Positions 29,478 to 39,498 of a DNA stretch of 64,000 nt are shown one piece after another. Under the pieces are notes generated by a model. It was not told where the DNA came from. It was given only the letters and a program-made list of their open reading frames with translations, and ran no database searches. How positions within the stretch are numbered: position 1 is the stretch's first letter; every line of letters starts with the position of its first letter. Made by a program: the position numbers and the translations under genes. Source of the DNA: Deltaproteobacteria bacterium (GTDB lineage: Bacteria; JAGRBM01; JAHCIT01); assembly GCA_026129095.1 (NCBI GenBank), contig JAHCIT010000003.1, positions 310,001-374,000 on the forward strand, given 5' to 3'.

Positions 29478-32429
29478 TTAGTGAAGCACGTGAGCGTCGC
29501 TGCCACTGATCACAATGAAATCCGGCTGCCCGTCGCCGCTCACATCGGCCGCACCATGATACGCGGCGGGTGGAACGGTGAAGTAGCCCGCCTCCGGCGG
29601 CCGCCCGGTGGTGAGCACCGGCCCCCACACTTCCCGGGACTCCAGCGGCAGCCGGTTGATATGCACCCGCACTGTGTTTTCGTTACCGGCGTCGGGCGCG
29701 GCTTCCTCCAGCCGGCGGAAGAACCGCGGAGCGGCGGCGATCGGCTCCACGTCGATCGTCACGCGGCCCCGGAAATCCCGCCCCACCGCGCCCAGCGATC
29801 CGTCATTGCCGTCCAGCACCGGATCGATCCCCTGCTGCGCCGAGGCCCGGCCCCTGATCTTCCCCCGCACACGTGGAAGCGCGTCGCAGGTCCGGCCCCG
29901 GAGCGCGGACTCGACCGCCAGCGCCACATCCTCGGGTTTGGAATAGATCTGAACGACCCGGACAAGCTCCGTGATGGTGCAGACATCGGCATCCGGAGCC
30001 ACCCAGGGGGCGGTTCCTGCCACGAGGCCATTCAGCACCACCGGGACGGTCCCGGCGGGGGTTTCCGCCAGAAAGGAAAGATCATCGAGACCATCCGGAA
30101 TCGTGTCGGCCGCGAACAGGGGTCCCGTCACCACCGCATCCGGGCCGCCCACCATCGCCACCTGCGGCAGACCGAAGATGTCGGGCTCGGCGAGGTTCAG
30201 GATGCAGAACACGCACCGGTCCTCGTGCGGATCGAGCAGGCTGTCGCCGTTCAGGTCCACGCGGCGGTTCACGTCCCTGTTGCCCATGTTGATCGTCTGG
30301 ACCGGGTAGAACGGCGAACCGCCCGTTACGTCCGGATCCACGACATACGCCTGAGGCGGGGCCGGATGGTAGGGTGTCACCAGGAACTGGTACAGTATTC
30401 CCTCGCCGCCTGTTCCGGCGCCCAGCACGGCGAGATCGGCGACCGAATCCAGGTTGAAATCGCCCCCAAGTTCCAGCGCAAGGCCGATGCGGTCCCCCGC
30501 CTCCGCGCCCCAGATCTCGAAATGCCCGTGATCGGAAAGAAGCGGCCCGTCCGGCCCGTCCGGGTCGCTGAAGTTGTAGACGCCATCGGACAGCGAACCC
30601 GGCGCCCGCCAGTCCCGCGACTTCAGGTAGCGGTCCACGAGAAACGCATACACTTTCCCGGCCGAAGCCCGGCCGTCCGCAACGGCTCCGGGCGCACCCA
30701 TCGCCAGCCCGAAATACGGCACCATCGGGTCTTCGGCCTCCGGCGTGGCGGGGTTCGTCCGGGCCGTGACGCCCGTGGCCACCGAGGTACCCAGCCGGTC
30801 GCCTGCATTTTCACCAAGAAACACGACATCCGGGCGGGCATCGAAGCGCGCCAGATCGCGGATGCCGCTGGGCAGCGTGTTTGGCCCCTCGCCGGTGATC
30901 GCCGTGAACCGCCCGTCGCCAAAGAGCACGAACACCGCGCCCCGTTCGGCGAGCGGCACGTCGCGTTCGGCCCAGGAGACGCCATCCAGTCCCGACAGCC
31001 CCAGCACCACGTCGGCGATGCGGTCATCGTTGATATCACCCCGCGCCTCGATCACCTCACCGAAACCGGACGGCAGGCTGTTCGCCACCGGCACCGGGCC
31101 CAGGATCGCGAGCTGCGGAACGCTGGTCCCCCCTGCGCCCGTGAGCGACAGCGCCGTCACCGGCTTCCTGAGTCCGCCCATGACGAGGAACGGACTGTCT
31201 TTCACGGTCACCAGCGTCCGTCCGGCGGCAAGATCGCGGTAAATCCTCCACGACTGGCCCGTGGCCGGAGTCAGCGCCTGCGCGTTCCGGACGGCCGGGT
31301 CGCACCGGACGATCCGCAGCACGTCAGGCAGCACCGCCTCCAGCCCGTGAATCCGGCACCGGAATCCCAGGTTCGGTCCGCTGGTGATCTCGAAGAGCCA
31401 GCCCTCCTGCACTCCGTCCAGGAGGCGGCCGTTCACGACATGGTGAACAGGATCGGCGAGCGATGCCGCGTCCGTGCCCGCCAGCATCGGCGTGCCGCTG
31501 TAGTAGGTCCACTGCTGCTCGCGGTTGCCGGCCACCGATTCGGTGAACCGGTTGGCGAACCGGATGAACGGCGGATCGGACGACATCACCTTCGAGACAT
31601 AGCCCTGCTGCGGACCGGTCTGGATCGACAGGAAATCGCCCGGCGCGGACCGCTGCCCGCCGGCGCGGACGAGGAACACCGCCCCCCGGGGGCCGAGGCC
31701 GTCGTTCCGGTCGAAATCCGGCGCGCCGATCAGCAGTTCCCCTGCACCATCGCCGTCCACATCGCCGATGGAGAGCGCCGCGCCGAACCGCCCGCCCAGT
31801 AGCGCACCGTCCAGCACCGCGTCCGGCTCGCAGAACCGCGCCGCCGGAAGCAGGTCGAACGGCCGGTAGGGTTCGCCATAGAACAGCAGCACCCGGTTGT
31901 TGTCCGGGTCGCCCACGGCGATGTCATCGCCCGGCAGTCCGTCCAGATCGCCTGCGGCGATGGCCGACAACGACGGCGTGCTTCCCAGCGGGCACACAAG
32001 GTCGAGCAGGTTGGTGAAGACCGAACCGTCCGCGTTTTCATCCGTACCCGAAGCCGTGGCGAAGGGTCCAACGTTTCCCACCTCGTCGCGCTGCGCGACG
32101 AGCAGGAAAACCGGACGCCCGAGGCTGAGGCGTCTCACCAGATATTCACGCGGCGTCTGCGACAGGCCCGATCCCGGCACGTTTTCCATCACCACCGTGT
32201 CAGCAACGTTCTCCGGCCGGAACGCCGCCTGGCTCGCGTCATCCGGGTCGAAGGCGGCGCGGACGTCGGTAAGCGCGCCGCGGCCGTGATCGCCGTCGTC
32301 ACCTGTCGAAACCCAGGAGAGGTGCCTGAGGTTCGTATCGAACAGCACGCTCGACGGAGTTCCCGGCGGCACATCGTCGCCCAGCGTGCAGGCAGACAGG
32401 AACAGGAGAAGTATGGCGGCCTTCTTCAA
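29478..32429 (-). CDS. Large FG-GAP/integrin-alpha repeat lipoprotein
   Basis: TTG start overlapping the HDAC stop; LSAC lipobox; repeats GDLDG, FGAALSIGDVDGDG..IGAP, GDINDD, GDFNLDS, DVSGDG. Confidence 0.8.
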   Translation of the reverse strand: MKKAAILLLFLSACTLGDDVPPGTPSSVLFDTNLRHLSWVSTGDDGDHGRGALTDVRAAFDPDDASQAAFRPENVADTVVMENVPGSGLSQTPREYLVRRLSLGRPVFLLVAQRDEVGNVGPFATASGTDENADGSVFTNLLDLVCPLGSTPSLSAIAAGDLDGLPGDDIAVGDPDNNRVLLFYGEPYRPFDLLPAARFCEPDAVLDGALLGGRFGAALSIGDVDGDGAGELLIGAPDFDRNDGLGPRGAVFLVRAGGQRSAPGDFLSIQTGPQQGYVSKVMSSDPPFIRFANRFTESVAGNREQQWTYYSGTPMLAGTDAASLADPVHHVVNGRLLDGVQEGWLFEITSGPNLGFRCRIHGLEAVLPDVLRIVRCDPAVRNAQALTPATGQSWRIYRDLAAGRTLVTVKDSPFLVMGGLRKPVTALSLTGAGGTSVPQLAILGPVPVANSLPSGFGEVIEARGDINDDRIADVVLGLSGLDGVSWAERDVPLAERGAVFVLFGDGRFTAITGEGPNTLPSGIRDLARFDARPDVVFLGENAGDRLGTSVATGVTARTNPATPEAEDPMVPYFGLAMGAPGAVADGRASAGKVYAFLVDRYLKSRDWRAPGSLSDGVYNFSDPDGPDGPLLSDHGHFEIWGAEAGDRIGLALELGGDFNLDSVADLAVLGAGTGGEGILYQFLVTPYHPAPPQAYVVDPDVTGGSPFYPVQTINMGNRDVNRRVDLNGDSLLDPHEDRCVFCILNLAEPDIFGLPQVAMVGGPDAVVTGPLFAADTIPDGLDDLSFLAETPAGTVPVVLNGLVAGTAPWVAPDADVCTITELVRVVQIYSKPEDVALAVESALRGRTCDALPRVRGKIRGRASAQQGIDPVLDGNDGSLGAVGRDFRGRVTIDVEPIAAAPRFFRRLEEAAPDAGNENTVRVHINRLPLESREVWGPVLTTGRPPEAGYFTVPPAAYHGAADVSGDGQPDFIVISGSDAHVLH

Positions 32430-33466
32430 CCGAGCGCCCCCCAGTATGGCCGGAAATGGTGGATGAGTTCCTTCGTGTATTCCCGGATGCCGGGGGCGGC
32501 GGTTTCCGGGTCGGTCACCGGCTGGGCGGGGTCGCCCAGCAGTTCGCCCACGACCTTCCCGACGCTCGCGGCGAGCCCCTGCGTGTGATAGCCGCCCTCC
32601 AGCGCGAACAGCACCCGGCCTCCGCACAGATCGCCTGCCGCCCGGACCAGAAGCCGCGACAGTTCGGCGAATCCCTGCTCGGTCACCTTCATGCCGCCCA
32701 GGGGGTCCAGCCGGTAGATGTCGAAACCGGCCGACACGATGATGAGGTCGGGCCGGAACTTTTCCAGCGCCGGACGGACGATGCGCTGGTACAAGTACAA
32801 GAACTCGGCGTCCCCCTGCCCCGGCGGCAACGGGATGTTCAGGGTCTTTCCCTCGCCTGCTCCCGTGCCGGTTTCGCGGAAATGGCCCGTGCCCGGATAG
32901 TAGGGATACTGGTGGGACGAGATGTAGAGAACCTCGCCCTTTCCGTAAAAGGCGTTCTGCGTGCCGTTACCGTGATGGATGTCGTAATCGACGATGGCGA
33001 CCCGCTTCCATTCGGTCTGACGGAGCGCATGGTCGGCCGCCACTGCCACGTTGTTGAAAAAGCAGAACCCCATCGCACGCGACGGCTCGGCGTGGTGGCC
33101 TGGCGGACGGACCAGCGCGATGCCATTCTGTACCGTACCGGTGGCGATCGCCTCCACCAGATGCAGCAGCCCCCCCGTGGCCAGCCGCGCCACCTCGAAC
33201 GTCTCCGGGGCGGCATAGGTGTCGCCATCCAGCCCGCCGCCGCCCCGGCTGGAGAGGAACTCCACCCGGTGGTACAGGGCGGGGTCGTGAATCCGCACGA
33301 TGTCGGCCTCGCCCGCCGGGCGGGCTTCCAGATGTGTGAGGCGCGGCATCAGGTTCAGCCGGTCCAGTTCCCGGTGGATATCCCGCAGCCGGTCGGGCGA
33401 TTCGGGGTGGCCCGCTCCCATGTCGTGGGCGAGAAACCGGTCGTCTCGGATGATCCCTGTGGCCAT
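32426..33466 (-). CDS. Histone deacetylase/AcuC family Zn-dependent deacylase
   Basis: HPESPDRL, RPPGHHA, GFCFFNN, DYDIHHGNGTQ, SAGFD, LEGGY. Confidence 0.95.
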   Translation of the reverse strand: MATGIIRDDRFLAHDMGAGHPESPDRLRDIHRELDRLNLMPRLTHLEARPAGEADIVRIHDPALYHRVEFLSSRGGGGLDGDTYAAPETFEVARLATGGLLHLVEAIATGTVQNGIALVRPPGHHAEPSRAMGFCFFNNVAVAADHALRQTEWKRVAIVDYDIHHGNGTQNAFYGKGEVLYISSHQYPYYPGTGHFRETGTGAGEGKTLNIPLPPGQGDAEFLYLYQRIVRPALEKFRPDLIIVSAGFDIYRLDPLGGMKVTEQGFAELSRLLVRAAGDLCGGRVLFALEGGYHTQGLAASVGKVVGELLGDPAQPVTDPETAAPGIREYTKELIHHFRPYWGALG

Positions 33467-33567
33467 ATGATTAACGTAACTATGCGAAAAGGCCGGGATT
33501 GCGGCCCGTCCGAAGCCGTCTATGCTATATCCCCGGTGGCAATTCAACGCCGCCAGGCGGGGGCACC

Positions 33568-34029
33568 GTGTTCAACATCGGCTTCGGCGAAATCCTCGTC
33601 ATCCTCGTCATCGCCTTCGTGGTCGTGGGACCGCGCGGGTTGCCGGGGCTGGCCCGCTCGGCGGGCCGCCTGTGGCGCGAAATCCGCCGCTACGCCGAGG
33701 AGATTTCCGCCGAGCTGCGCGAGAACGTGGGCGACCTTGAGAAGGAACTGGGCGAGATGCCACGGGAGATCCGCAAGACGGCCGCCGCCCTCGACAAGGT
33801 GAGCGACACCATCGCCGGGAAGGTGGAGACGCGGGATTTCCTCGGGCTCGATGCCGGCGGCCGCAGGCGCAAACCGGCAAAAGACGGGAAAGATGAAACC
33901 GGCAGCACCGGACCAGTCCCGGCGGATGTGCCCGGCGCTGCCACCAGGGCGGCCGCCAGCACCGAAGTCGTCGCCGACCCTGACCTCGAAACCTTCGTCA
34001 CCGGGAAACTGCCGAAGGGGGACGGATGA
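33568..34029 (+). CDS. tatB: Twin-arginine translocase subunit TatB
   Basis: FNIGFGEILVILVIAFVVVGPRGLP; adjacent to tatC. Confidence 0.88.
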   Translation: MFNIGFGEILVILVIAFVVVGPRGLPGLARSAGRLWREIRRYAEEISAELRENVGDLEKELGEMPREIRKTAAALDKVSDTIAGKVETRDFLGLDAGGRRRKPAKDGKDETGSTGPVPADVPGAATRAAASTEVVADPDLETFVTGKLPKGDG

Positions 34030-34799
34030 CGGACGAAACCCCCGAGCCGCGCCCCCCCGGCGACCGGGAGATGCCGCTCGTCGAGCATCTGGAGGAGCTG
34101 CGTTCCAGGATCATCAGGATCGTGATCGCCCTCGGCGCCGCGTTTTTCGCCTGCTACAGCCAGTCGGACAAGCTCGTGGCGTTTTTCGTCAAGCCCCTGA
34201 AGGCCGCCCTTCCGCCCGGCGGCACCCTCCAGTTCACGAAGATCACCGAGCCTTTCATGGTCCACCTCAAGGTGTCCCTCGTCGCCGCGCTGGTGGTGGC
34301 CTTCCCGTATGTCTGCTGGCAGGTGTGGGCGTTCGTCTCCCCCGGCCTGTACAAGAAGGAGAAGCGGCTCGCCCTCCCCTTCGTCACCGCCGCCAGCCTC
34401 GCCTTTGCCGCTGGCGTCGCATTCTGCTTCACCGTCGCCTTCCCGTTCGGTTTCCGGTTCCTCGTGCAGGGCTATGCAACCGATGACATCGTCGCCATTC
34501 CCAAGCTGGAGGAATACTTCACGCAGGCGACCACCATGCTCGTCGCCTTCGGCCTCGTGTTCGAGCTTCCCGTCGTGTCTTTCGTTCTCGCCCGCCTCGG
34601 CGTCATCACCGCCCGCGGGATGCTCGGCGGCTTCCGGGTCGCGGTGCTCCTCATCGCCATCATCGCGGCCGTGCTCTCGCCGCCCGACGTGATCTCCATG
34701 AGCATCCTCGGCGTCCCGATGCTGCTGCTCTACCTGGGCAGCGCCGGGCTCGTGGCTCTGGTGGAGCAGGACCGCCCGCCAGACGGGGAAGTATCCTGA
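34026..34799 (+). CDS. tatC: Twin-arginine translocase subunit TatC
   Basis: MPLVEHLEELRSR, WAFVSPGLY, FELP, SPPD. Confidence 0.96.
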   Translation: MTDETPEPRPPGDREMPLVEHLEELRSRIIRIVIALGAAFFACYSQSDKLVAFFVKPLKAALPPGGTLQFTKITEPFMVHLKVSLVAALVVAFPYVCWQVWAFVSPGLYKKEKRLALPFVTAASLAFAAGVAFCFTVAFPFGFRFLVQGYATDDIVAIPKLEEYFTQATTMLVAFGLVFELPVVSFVLARLGVITARGMLGGFRVAVLLIAIIAAVLSPPDVISMSILGVPMLLLYLGSAGLVALVEQDRPPDGEVS

Positions 34800-34809
34800 A
34801 AAATCACAA

Positions 34810-34841
34810 GCCCCGTCTCCTCTGTCATGAGGAAACGGGGC
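34810..34841. terminator. Hairpin between convergent tatC and lipoprotein genes
   Basis: GCCCCGTCTCCTC-N6-GAGGAAACGGGGC. Confidence 0.55.
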
Positions 34842-34872
34842 CGGATATAACTGCGATTTCGATTAAACGGGA

Positions 34873-35700
34873 TCAGGGAACGTAGGTGATTGCCGCGATG
34901 TCTCCCGGCAGCACGCCGATCTCCTCTGTCTCTCCGGTCTCGGGGTCGATCTCGACGAGAATCGTGTCCTCGGCGGTTTCATAAACCACCAGCCCGAGCA
35001 GGCGGCCTTCCACGAAAGTCAGGTCGGTAATGTAGGAGCCATCATCGGTATTGTTTTCCCACTCGGCGATCTCCTCGTCCACCGAACCGTCATCCGGGTC
35101 GATCGTGACGAGGAATTCGTTCAGAATGCCGTAGATGGTCCCGTCGCTGTCGGTGGCAATACCGGCACCATAGGAACCGTAACCTTCGGCGGTGCCGAGT
35201 TCTTCCATGATGCCCGTCTCGGGATCGATCGAGTAGAACGCCGGATCTTCGACATCGGTTTCATGCCCGTACAGCGTCCCGTCGATATACACGAGTCCGG
35301 CAATCACATAGCCGGGAGCGTCGGTTTCATTTTCCTCGGCGATCTCGTCCAGGTCGCCGACCAGTTCAGCTTCGAGCGTCTGGGTGGCATTGTCGGAGAC
35401 AAACCGGTAAAGCCGCAGGTTGCCCGCGCCGTCAGTGTCGGTAGTCATATAGGACGTGACACCGTAGATCGTCCCGTCGGGAGCGGTCACCATCGCCGTG
35501 AGGCCGCGTGGCAATGTCCCCACTTCATCCCCGATTTCGCCGGTTTCCGGGTCAATGGTATAGATGCTGCCATTAACGCCTTCCTTGCCGTCAGCGACGA
35601 TCAGCTTGCCGCTGAGAAAACTGCCGCTCCCGCTGCTGCCGCACCCGGCGGCGAATACCATCGTGGCGGCACAGGCCGCCGTGAGAAAACGGTTCGTCAT
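34873..35700 (-). CDS. Acidic repeat (probable beta-propeller) lipoprotein, paralog A
   Basis: Lipobox FAAGC; repeated IDPETG/IDPDDG. Confidence 0.75.
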   Translation of the reverse strand: MTNRFLTAACAATMVFAAGCGSSGSGSFLSGKLIVADGKEGVNGSIYTIDPETGEIGDEVGTLPRGLTAMVTAPDGTIYGVTSYMTTDTDGAGNLRLYRFVSDNATQTLEAELVGDLDEIAEENETDAPGYVIAGLVYIDGTLYGHETDVEDPAFYSIDPETGIMEELGTAEGYGSYGAGIATDSDGTIYGILNEFLVTIDPDDGSVDEEIAEWENNTDDGSYITDLTFVEGRLLGLVVYETAEDTILVEIDPETGETEEIGVLPGDIAAITYVP

Positions 35701-35811
35701 TTTTTCTGCTCCTTGAAACTGGCCCCTTCGGGCGGATGTGAGGCCGACACTAAAAGACTCCAAGGGAACCGGCAATAGCCAGCTTGAATTTGCCGCTCGC
35801 AGTCGGAAGGT

Positions 35812-36804
35812 TCAGTAGTTCTCCGAACGCTGCCGGACATATTCACGGTCCTGGGCGTATCCGGCGATCAGCGCCGCCGCTGCCTCGGCCGGAGTCGCCC
35901 GCGGCTCATAGCCGATCATCCGGCGCGCCTTCTCCACGGAGTAGTGATTGGGGTTGAACAGGTAGCCGTCCTGGTCCGGCGGAAGGTCGTGGAGGCCGAG
36001 CGTTCTCGCCAGCCGGATACCGCCGCGTGCCGCCCATACGGGTATCCGGACGATTCTTGACGACGACCCCGCCGCCCCGGTCATCGCCCGGATCACCTCC
36101 AGTTGCGACGAGGCCCCCTTGCCGGAAATGTTGAACGGCTCGCCGGGCGCGGCGGGATGATTCGCGGCCAGCATGAAACCCTGGACCACGTCCTCCAGCA
36201 GCACGAAATCCCCCGGAACGGAGCCGTCGCCGATCACCGCCACCGTCTTGCTGTCGAGAATACGGTCCATCAGTTTCAGCAGGGGCCGGTTGTTGTAAAA
36301 GCCCTGGCCGCAGATCGTGGGCATCCGCAACGCGACCGACGGGAGTCCGGTTTTTTGGCTGAAGTCCCACAGCATCTGCTCGCAGATCCACTTGTGCCGT
36401 CCGTACCAGCCGACCGGCTCGTCCTTGGGCGCGTCCTCAAGGCACGGGAACGGCGGCGTCACGCCGTAAATCTCGATGGTGGAGGTGTAGACAAACCGCC
36501 TTACACCTTCCGCATGGGCGGCTTCCAGAAGGTTCGTCATTCCGCCGATGTTGATCCGGTACCGCTCGGCCTCCGGGCGGCGCGACATGGACTGGACGAA
36601 CGCGATGTGGATGACCCGCTCGATGCCGCGCATGGATGCCCGCACGTCTTCCGGGCGGGACATATCCCCCTCGAAAAACTCCGCCCCGGCCGGACAGTAG
36701 GGCGTCTTCTGCACGTCGAGAATACGGACCCGCCGCCCGTCCGCCATCAGCGCGGCTACCACATGGGAGCCGAGATACCCGCCGCCGCCCGTCACCAGAT
36801 CCAT
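35812..36804 (-). CDS. NAD-dependent epimerase/dehydratase (extended SDR)
   Basis: TGGGGYLG, YTST, YGRHK (YxxxK). Confidence 0.9.
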   Translation of the reverse strand: MDLVTGGGGYLGSHVVAALMADGRRVRILDVQKTPYCPAGAEFFEGDMSRPEDVRASMRGIERVIHIAFVQSMSRRPEAERYRINIGGMTNLLEAAHAEGVRRFVYTSTIEIYGVTPPFPCLEDAPKDEPVGWYGRHKWICEQMLWDFSQKTGLPSVALRMPTICGQGFYNNRPLLKLMDRILDSKTVAVIGDGSVPGDFVLLEDVVQGFMLAANHPAAPGEPFNISGKGASSQLEVIRAMTGAAGSSSRIVRIPVWAARGGIRLARTLGLHDLPPDQDGYLFNPNHYSVEKARRMIGYEPRATPAEAAAALIAGYAQDREYVRQRSENY

Positions 36805-37018
36805 CCGGAAAATCTCCCCCTGGCCGCCCCGGCACCGCCGGAGCCCGCGCATCCTAACGTAAAAGCCCGGCCGCCGCCCGTTTGGGGATCAAGAACCGGG
36901 CAGGCCGTATCCCGAAACCTTGCCCACCCGCCTTTTTTCGCGTATGGACAAGCGCGAGCAAGGCTCACGGCTTATCAAGCCTGTCCTTGCATTGCCCAGA
37001 ATAAAGAGGAGTTTTTCC

Positions 37019-37852
37019 ATGTTGAAGTCCAGCATCAGTTTCCTGGGTGCGGCGCTCGTCGCCGTCACCATCACCGCCTGCGGAAGCAGCGGCGGCCGCA
37101 ACGGCTTTCCCCAAGGCCTCTACATCGCCGACGGCAAGGAAGGCGAGATCGGCCGCCTGTACCTGGTTGATGAAACCACCGGCGACGTCCTAGAAACGAT
37201 CGGCGATCTGCCCGCCTGCATTACTGCCCTGGCGCTGTCTCCGGACGGCTCCATTTACGGAACTACCTGCGGTGCGGCACCCAATAGCCATCTGAACCTG
37301 CTCTACCGGCTGACCTACTTAGGCGAAGACGATTCGGTTGACGTCAAGAAGGTCGGCGCCATTGATTTCGGCGACGAGGATGAGGCAGACGCCATCTCCG
37401 GTCTCGCCTTCATCGGTGACGTCCTGTACGGCTGGGAAGGCGGCACCAGCGCACCAAGGTTGTTCACCATCGACACGGACACCGCCGAAGCGGAGCTGGT
37501 CGGATCGGATAGCGATATCGACAGCTACTATGGCAACTCCCTTGCCGCCGACAGCGACGGAACCCTTTTCGCATTCGAATACATTGGGACGGAAAAGTAC
37601 ATGATTCTGGACCCGGATGACGGTTCCGTGCTCGAGGAACTGGGTGAGGTCGATTACGGTACCGACGGCGCCTATGGCGTCGGCGACATGACCTTCATCG
37701 GCGACCAGCTTTACGGCATCGAGGTGGACGATAGCGGCGTCGATGACGACGACTACCCGTCGGGGCTGGTGCGGATCAATCCGGAGACAGGAAAGAACAC
37801 CCTGATCACCGAACTCCCCAGTTCAATCAGCGCGCTCGTCTACGTGCCCTGA
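37019..37852 (+). CDS. Acidic repeat (probable beta-propeller) lipoprotein, paralog B
   Basis: GAGGAG RBS; lipobox ITAC; shares ADGKEG, DPDDGSV and terminal YVP with paralog A. Confidence 0.75.
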   Translation: MLKSSISFLGAALVAVTITACGSSGGRNGFPQGLYIADGKEGEIGRLYLVDETTGDVLETIGDLPACITALALSPDGSIYGTTCGAAPNSHLNLLYRLTYLGEDDSVDVKKVGAIDFGDEDEADAISGLAFIGDVLYGWEGGTSAPRLFTIDTDTAEAELVGSDSDIDSYYGNSLAADSDGTLFAFEYIGTEKYMILDPDDGSVLEELGEVDYGTDGAYGVGDMTFIGDQLYGIEVDDSGVDDDDYPSGLVRINPETGKNTLITELPSSISALVYVP

Positions 37853-37881
37853 TCCGCCGCCTTTTGTCCCTTGAAACAACG

Positions 37882-37917
37882 GCAGGCCCTCCGGAAACCG
37901 GGGGGCCTGCTTCTTTT
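37882..37917 (+). terminator. Rho-independent terminator
   Basis: GCAGGCCCTCCGG-AAA-CCGGGGGGCCTGC followed by TTCTTTT. Confidence 0.8.
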
Positions 37918-37978
37918 GGCTGTTCCTTTGGCCAGCCGCCGGAGCTATGACACTGTTTCAAGGAGACTGGTGAACCTG

Positions 37979-38698
37979 ATGAACCCGTTACCCCCGCACG
38001 CCCGCGCCCTCCTGCTGCTTGCCGCCCTTACCCTTCTGCCGCTCCAGTCCTGCAAAAAGAAGGAACCGGAGCGCACGCCCGAACAGGCCGCCGCCATCGA
38101 GGCCCGCAAGCAACGGGCCGCGGAGCTCCGCGAATGGCAGAAAAAGGCCCGCGAGCGCCGCGAGGCCAACAAGGACAAGCCGCCCGTCCCCAGCCGCTGC
38201 ACCGGCCGTATCTCGAAGGAGTTGCGTCTCGTCAGGGGCGAAATGGTCATCTGGACGAAGCCCAACACCGAGGTGGTCCGGCTTCCCGGCTCGGTCACGC
38301 CCGAAAAGCGCGGCAAGCCGCTGGAACTCCGAACCTGGATTGCGATGGAGAATCTCATCCCCACCGGGGAGAAACCCGCCGCCGTCGAGATGGTCCCCTG
38401 CCGGGGCGAGCCGTTCCGGATCGCCGCCGCCGACCTCGCCGCCTCGCCCGGCCGGTTCCGCCTCTCGGTGAACCGGCGCGGCATGATCAAGCTGATGGAC
38501 ATGGCTGCCGTCCAGGGCGGCGCCACCGGCGAGCCGGATACCGGTGAAACAGACGACGACGCCGAAGGCGACGGGACCGGTCCGGCCGGTGAAGGCGCGC
38601 AAAGCGGGGCTGACAGCGAACCCGAAACTCCCGCCCCCCGCTCCAAGCGGCGCGATGTCGGGCGGAACTTCCACGAACTGAGGCTCGTCGTCGAGTAG
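37979..38698 (+). CDS. Hypothetical lipoprotein
   Basis: Signal peptide ending LQSC; coiled segment; start uncertain (37970 or 37979). Confidence 0.6.
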   Translation: MNPLPPHARALLLLAALTLLPLQSCKKKEPERTPEQAAAIEARKQRAAELREWQKKARERREANKDKPPVPSRCTGRISKELRLVRGEMVIWTKPNTEVVRLPGSVTPEKRGKPLELRTWIAMENLIPTGEKPAAVEMVPCRGEPFRIAAADLAASPGRFRLSVNRRGMIKLMDMAAVQGGATGEPDTGETDDDAEGDGTGPAGEGAQSGADSEPETPAPRSKRRDVGRNFHELRLVVE

Positions 38699-38712
38699 AG
38701 CCCCGCCGGTTT

Positions 38713-39498
38713 CTATTTTGGCAGCAGTTCGAAGTAGGGCCTGAACAGGCCGAAGAACCCCCGCTTGCAGGCGATCATGTCCTGCGGGGCGCGCCCGGCG
38801 TTCATGAGGGTGCGGAAATCCAGTTCCGTGCCGTCCAGGTTGTAGAGCGTTCCGCCCACGGCGTAGACAAGCGCCATCGGGGCAGCGAGATCCCACACGC
38901 GGCAGCGCGGCACGTGGCTCGCCACGAATCCTCCGGCGGCGAGGTAGCCGAGTTGCGAGGCCACCGACCCCAGCGCCCGCACCTTGCCGGGGAACGTGAT
39001 CCGGAACTTCCGGTGCGAGCCCGACTGCACGGCGATCTGCGTGTTCTTCCCGATCACCGGATCGCGCAGGCCGGTGAGTGCGGCGCCGTTCAGCCGCGGC
39101 GTGCCGCCCGGAGCGAGCAGGAACAGGTCGCCCGATCTGGGCACGTTCATCACTCCGCCCACCGGCTGTCCCTGGTGCAGCAGCCCCGCGCAGATCGCCC
39201 AGGACGACAGCGCCGCCGTGAAGGCTGCCGTCCCGTCGATCGGATCAATGGCCCAGCAGAGGTCCGCGCCCGATGGCGCGGGGCCCGGCATCGGTCCCTC
39301 CTCCTCGGCGAGGAAGGCATGGCCGGGGAACGCCTCGTGGATGCGGCTGACTACAAGCTGCTGGACGCGGCGGTCGGCCTCGGTAACGAGCGATTCGTCG
39401 TCCTTCACGTCGAAGCTGACCTTTGTGAAGAGCGAGAGCGCCAGTTCCCCCGCCTCGCGCCCCAGGTCATGCAGGAATGTCTCGGTGACGTTCTTCAC
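38713..39498 (-). CDS. Inositol monophosphatase family protein
   Basis: VTEAD, AEE, WAIDPIDGT, WDLAA. Confidence 0.92.
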   Translation of the reverse strand: MKNVTETFLHDLGREAGELALSLFTKVSFDVKDDESLVTEADRRVQQLVVSRIHEAFPGHAFLAEEEGPMPGPAPSGADLCWAIDPIDGTAAFTAALSSWAICAGLLHQGQPVGGVMNVPRSGDLFLLAPGGTPRLNGAALTGLRDPVIGKNTQIAVQSGSHRKFRITFPGKVRALGSVASQLGYLAAGGFVASHVPRCRVWDLAAPMALVYAVGGTLYNLDGTELDFRTLMNAGRAPQDMIACKRGFFGLFRPYFELLPK

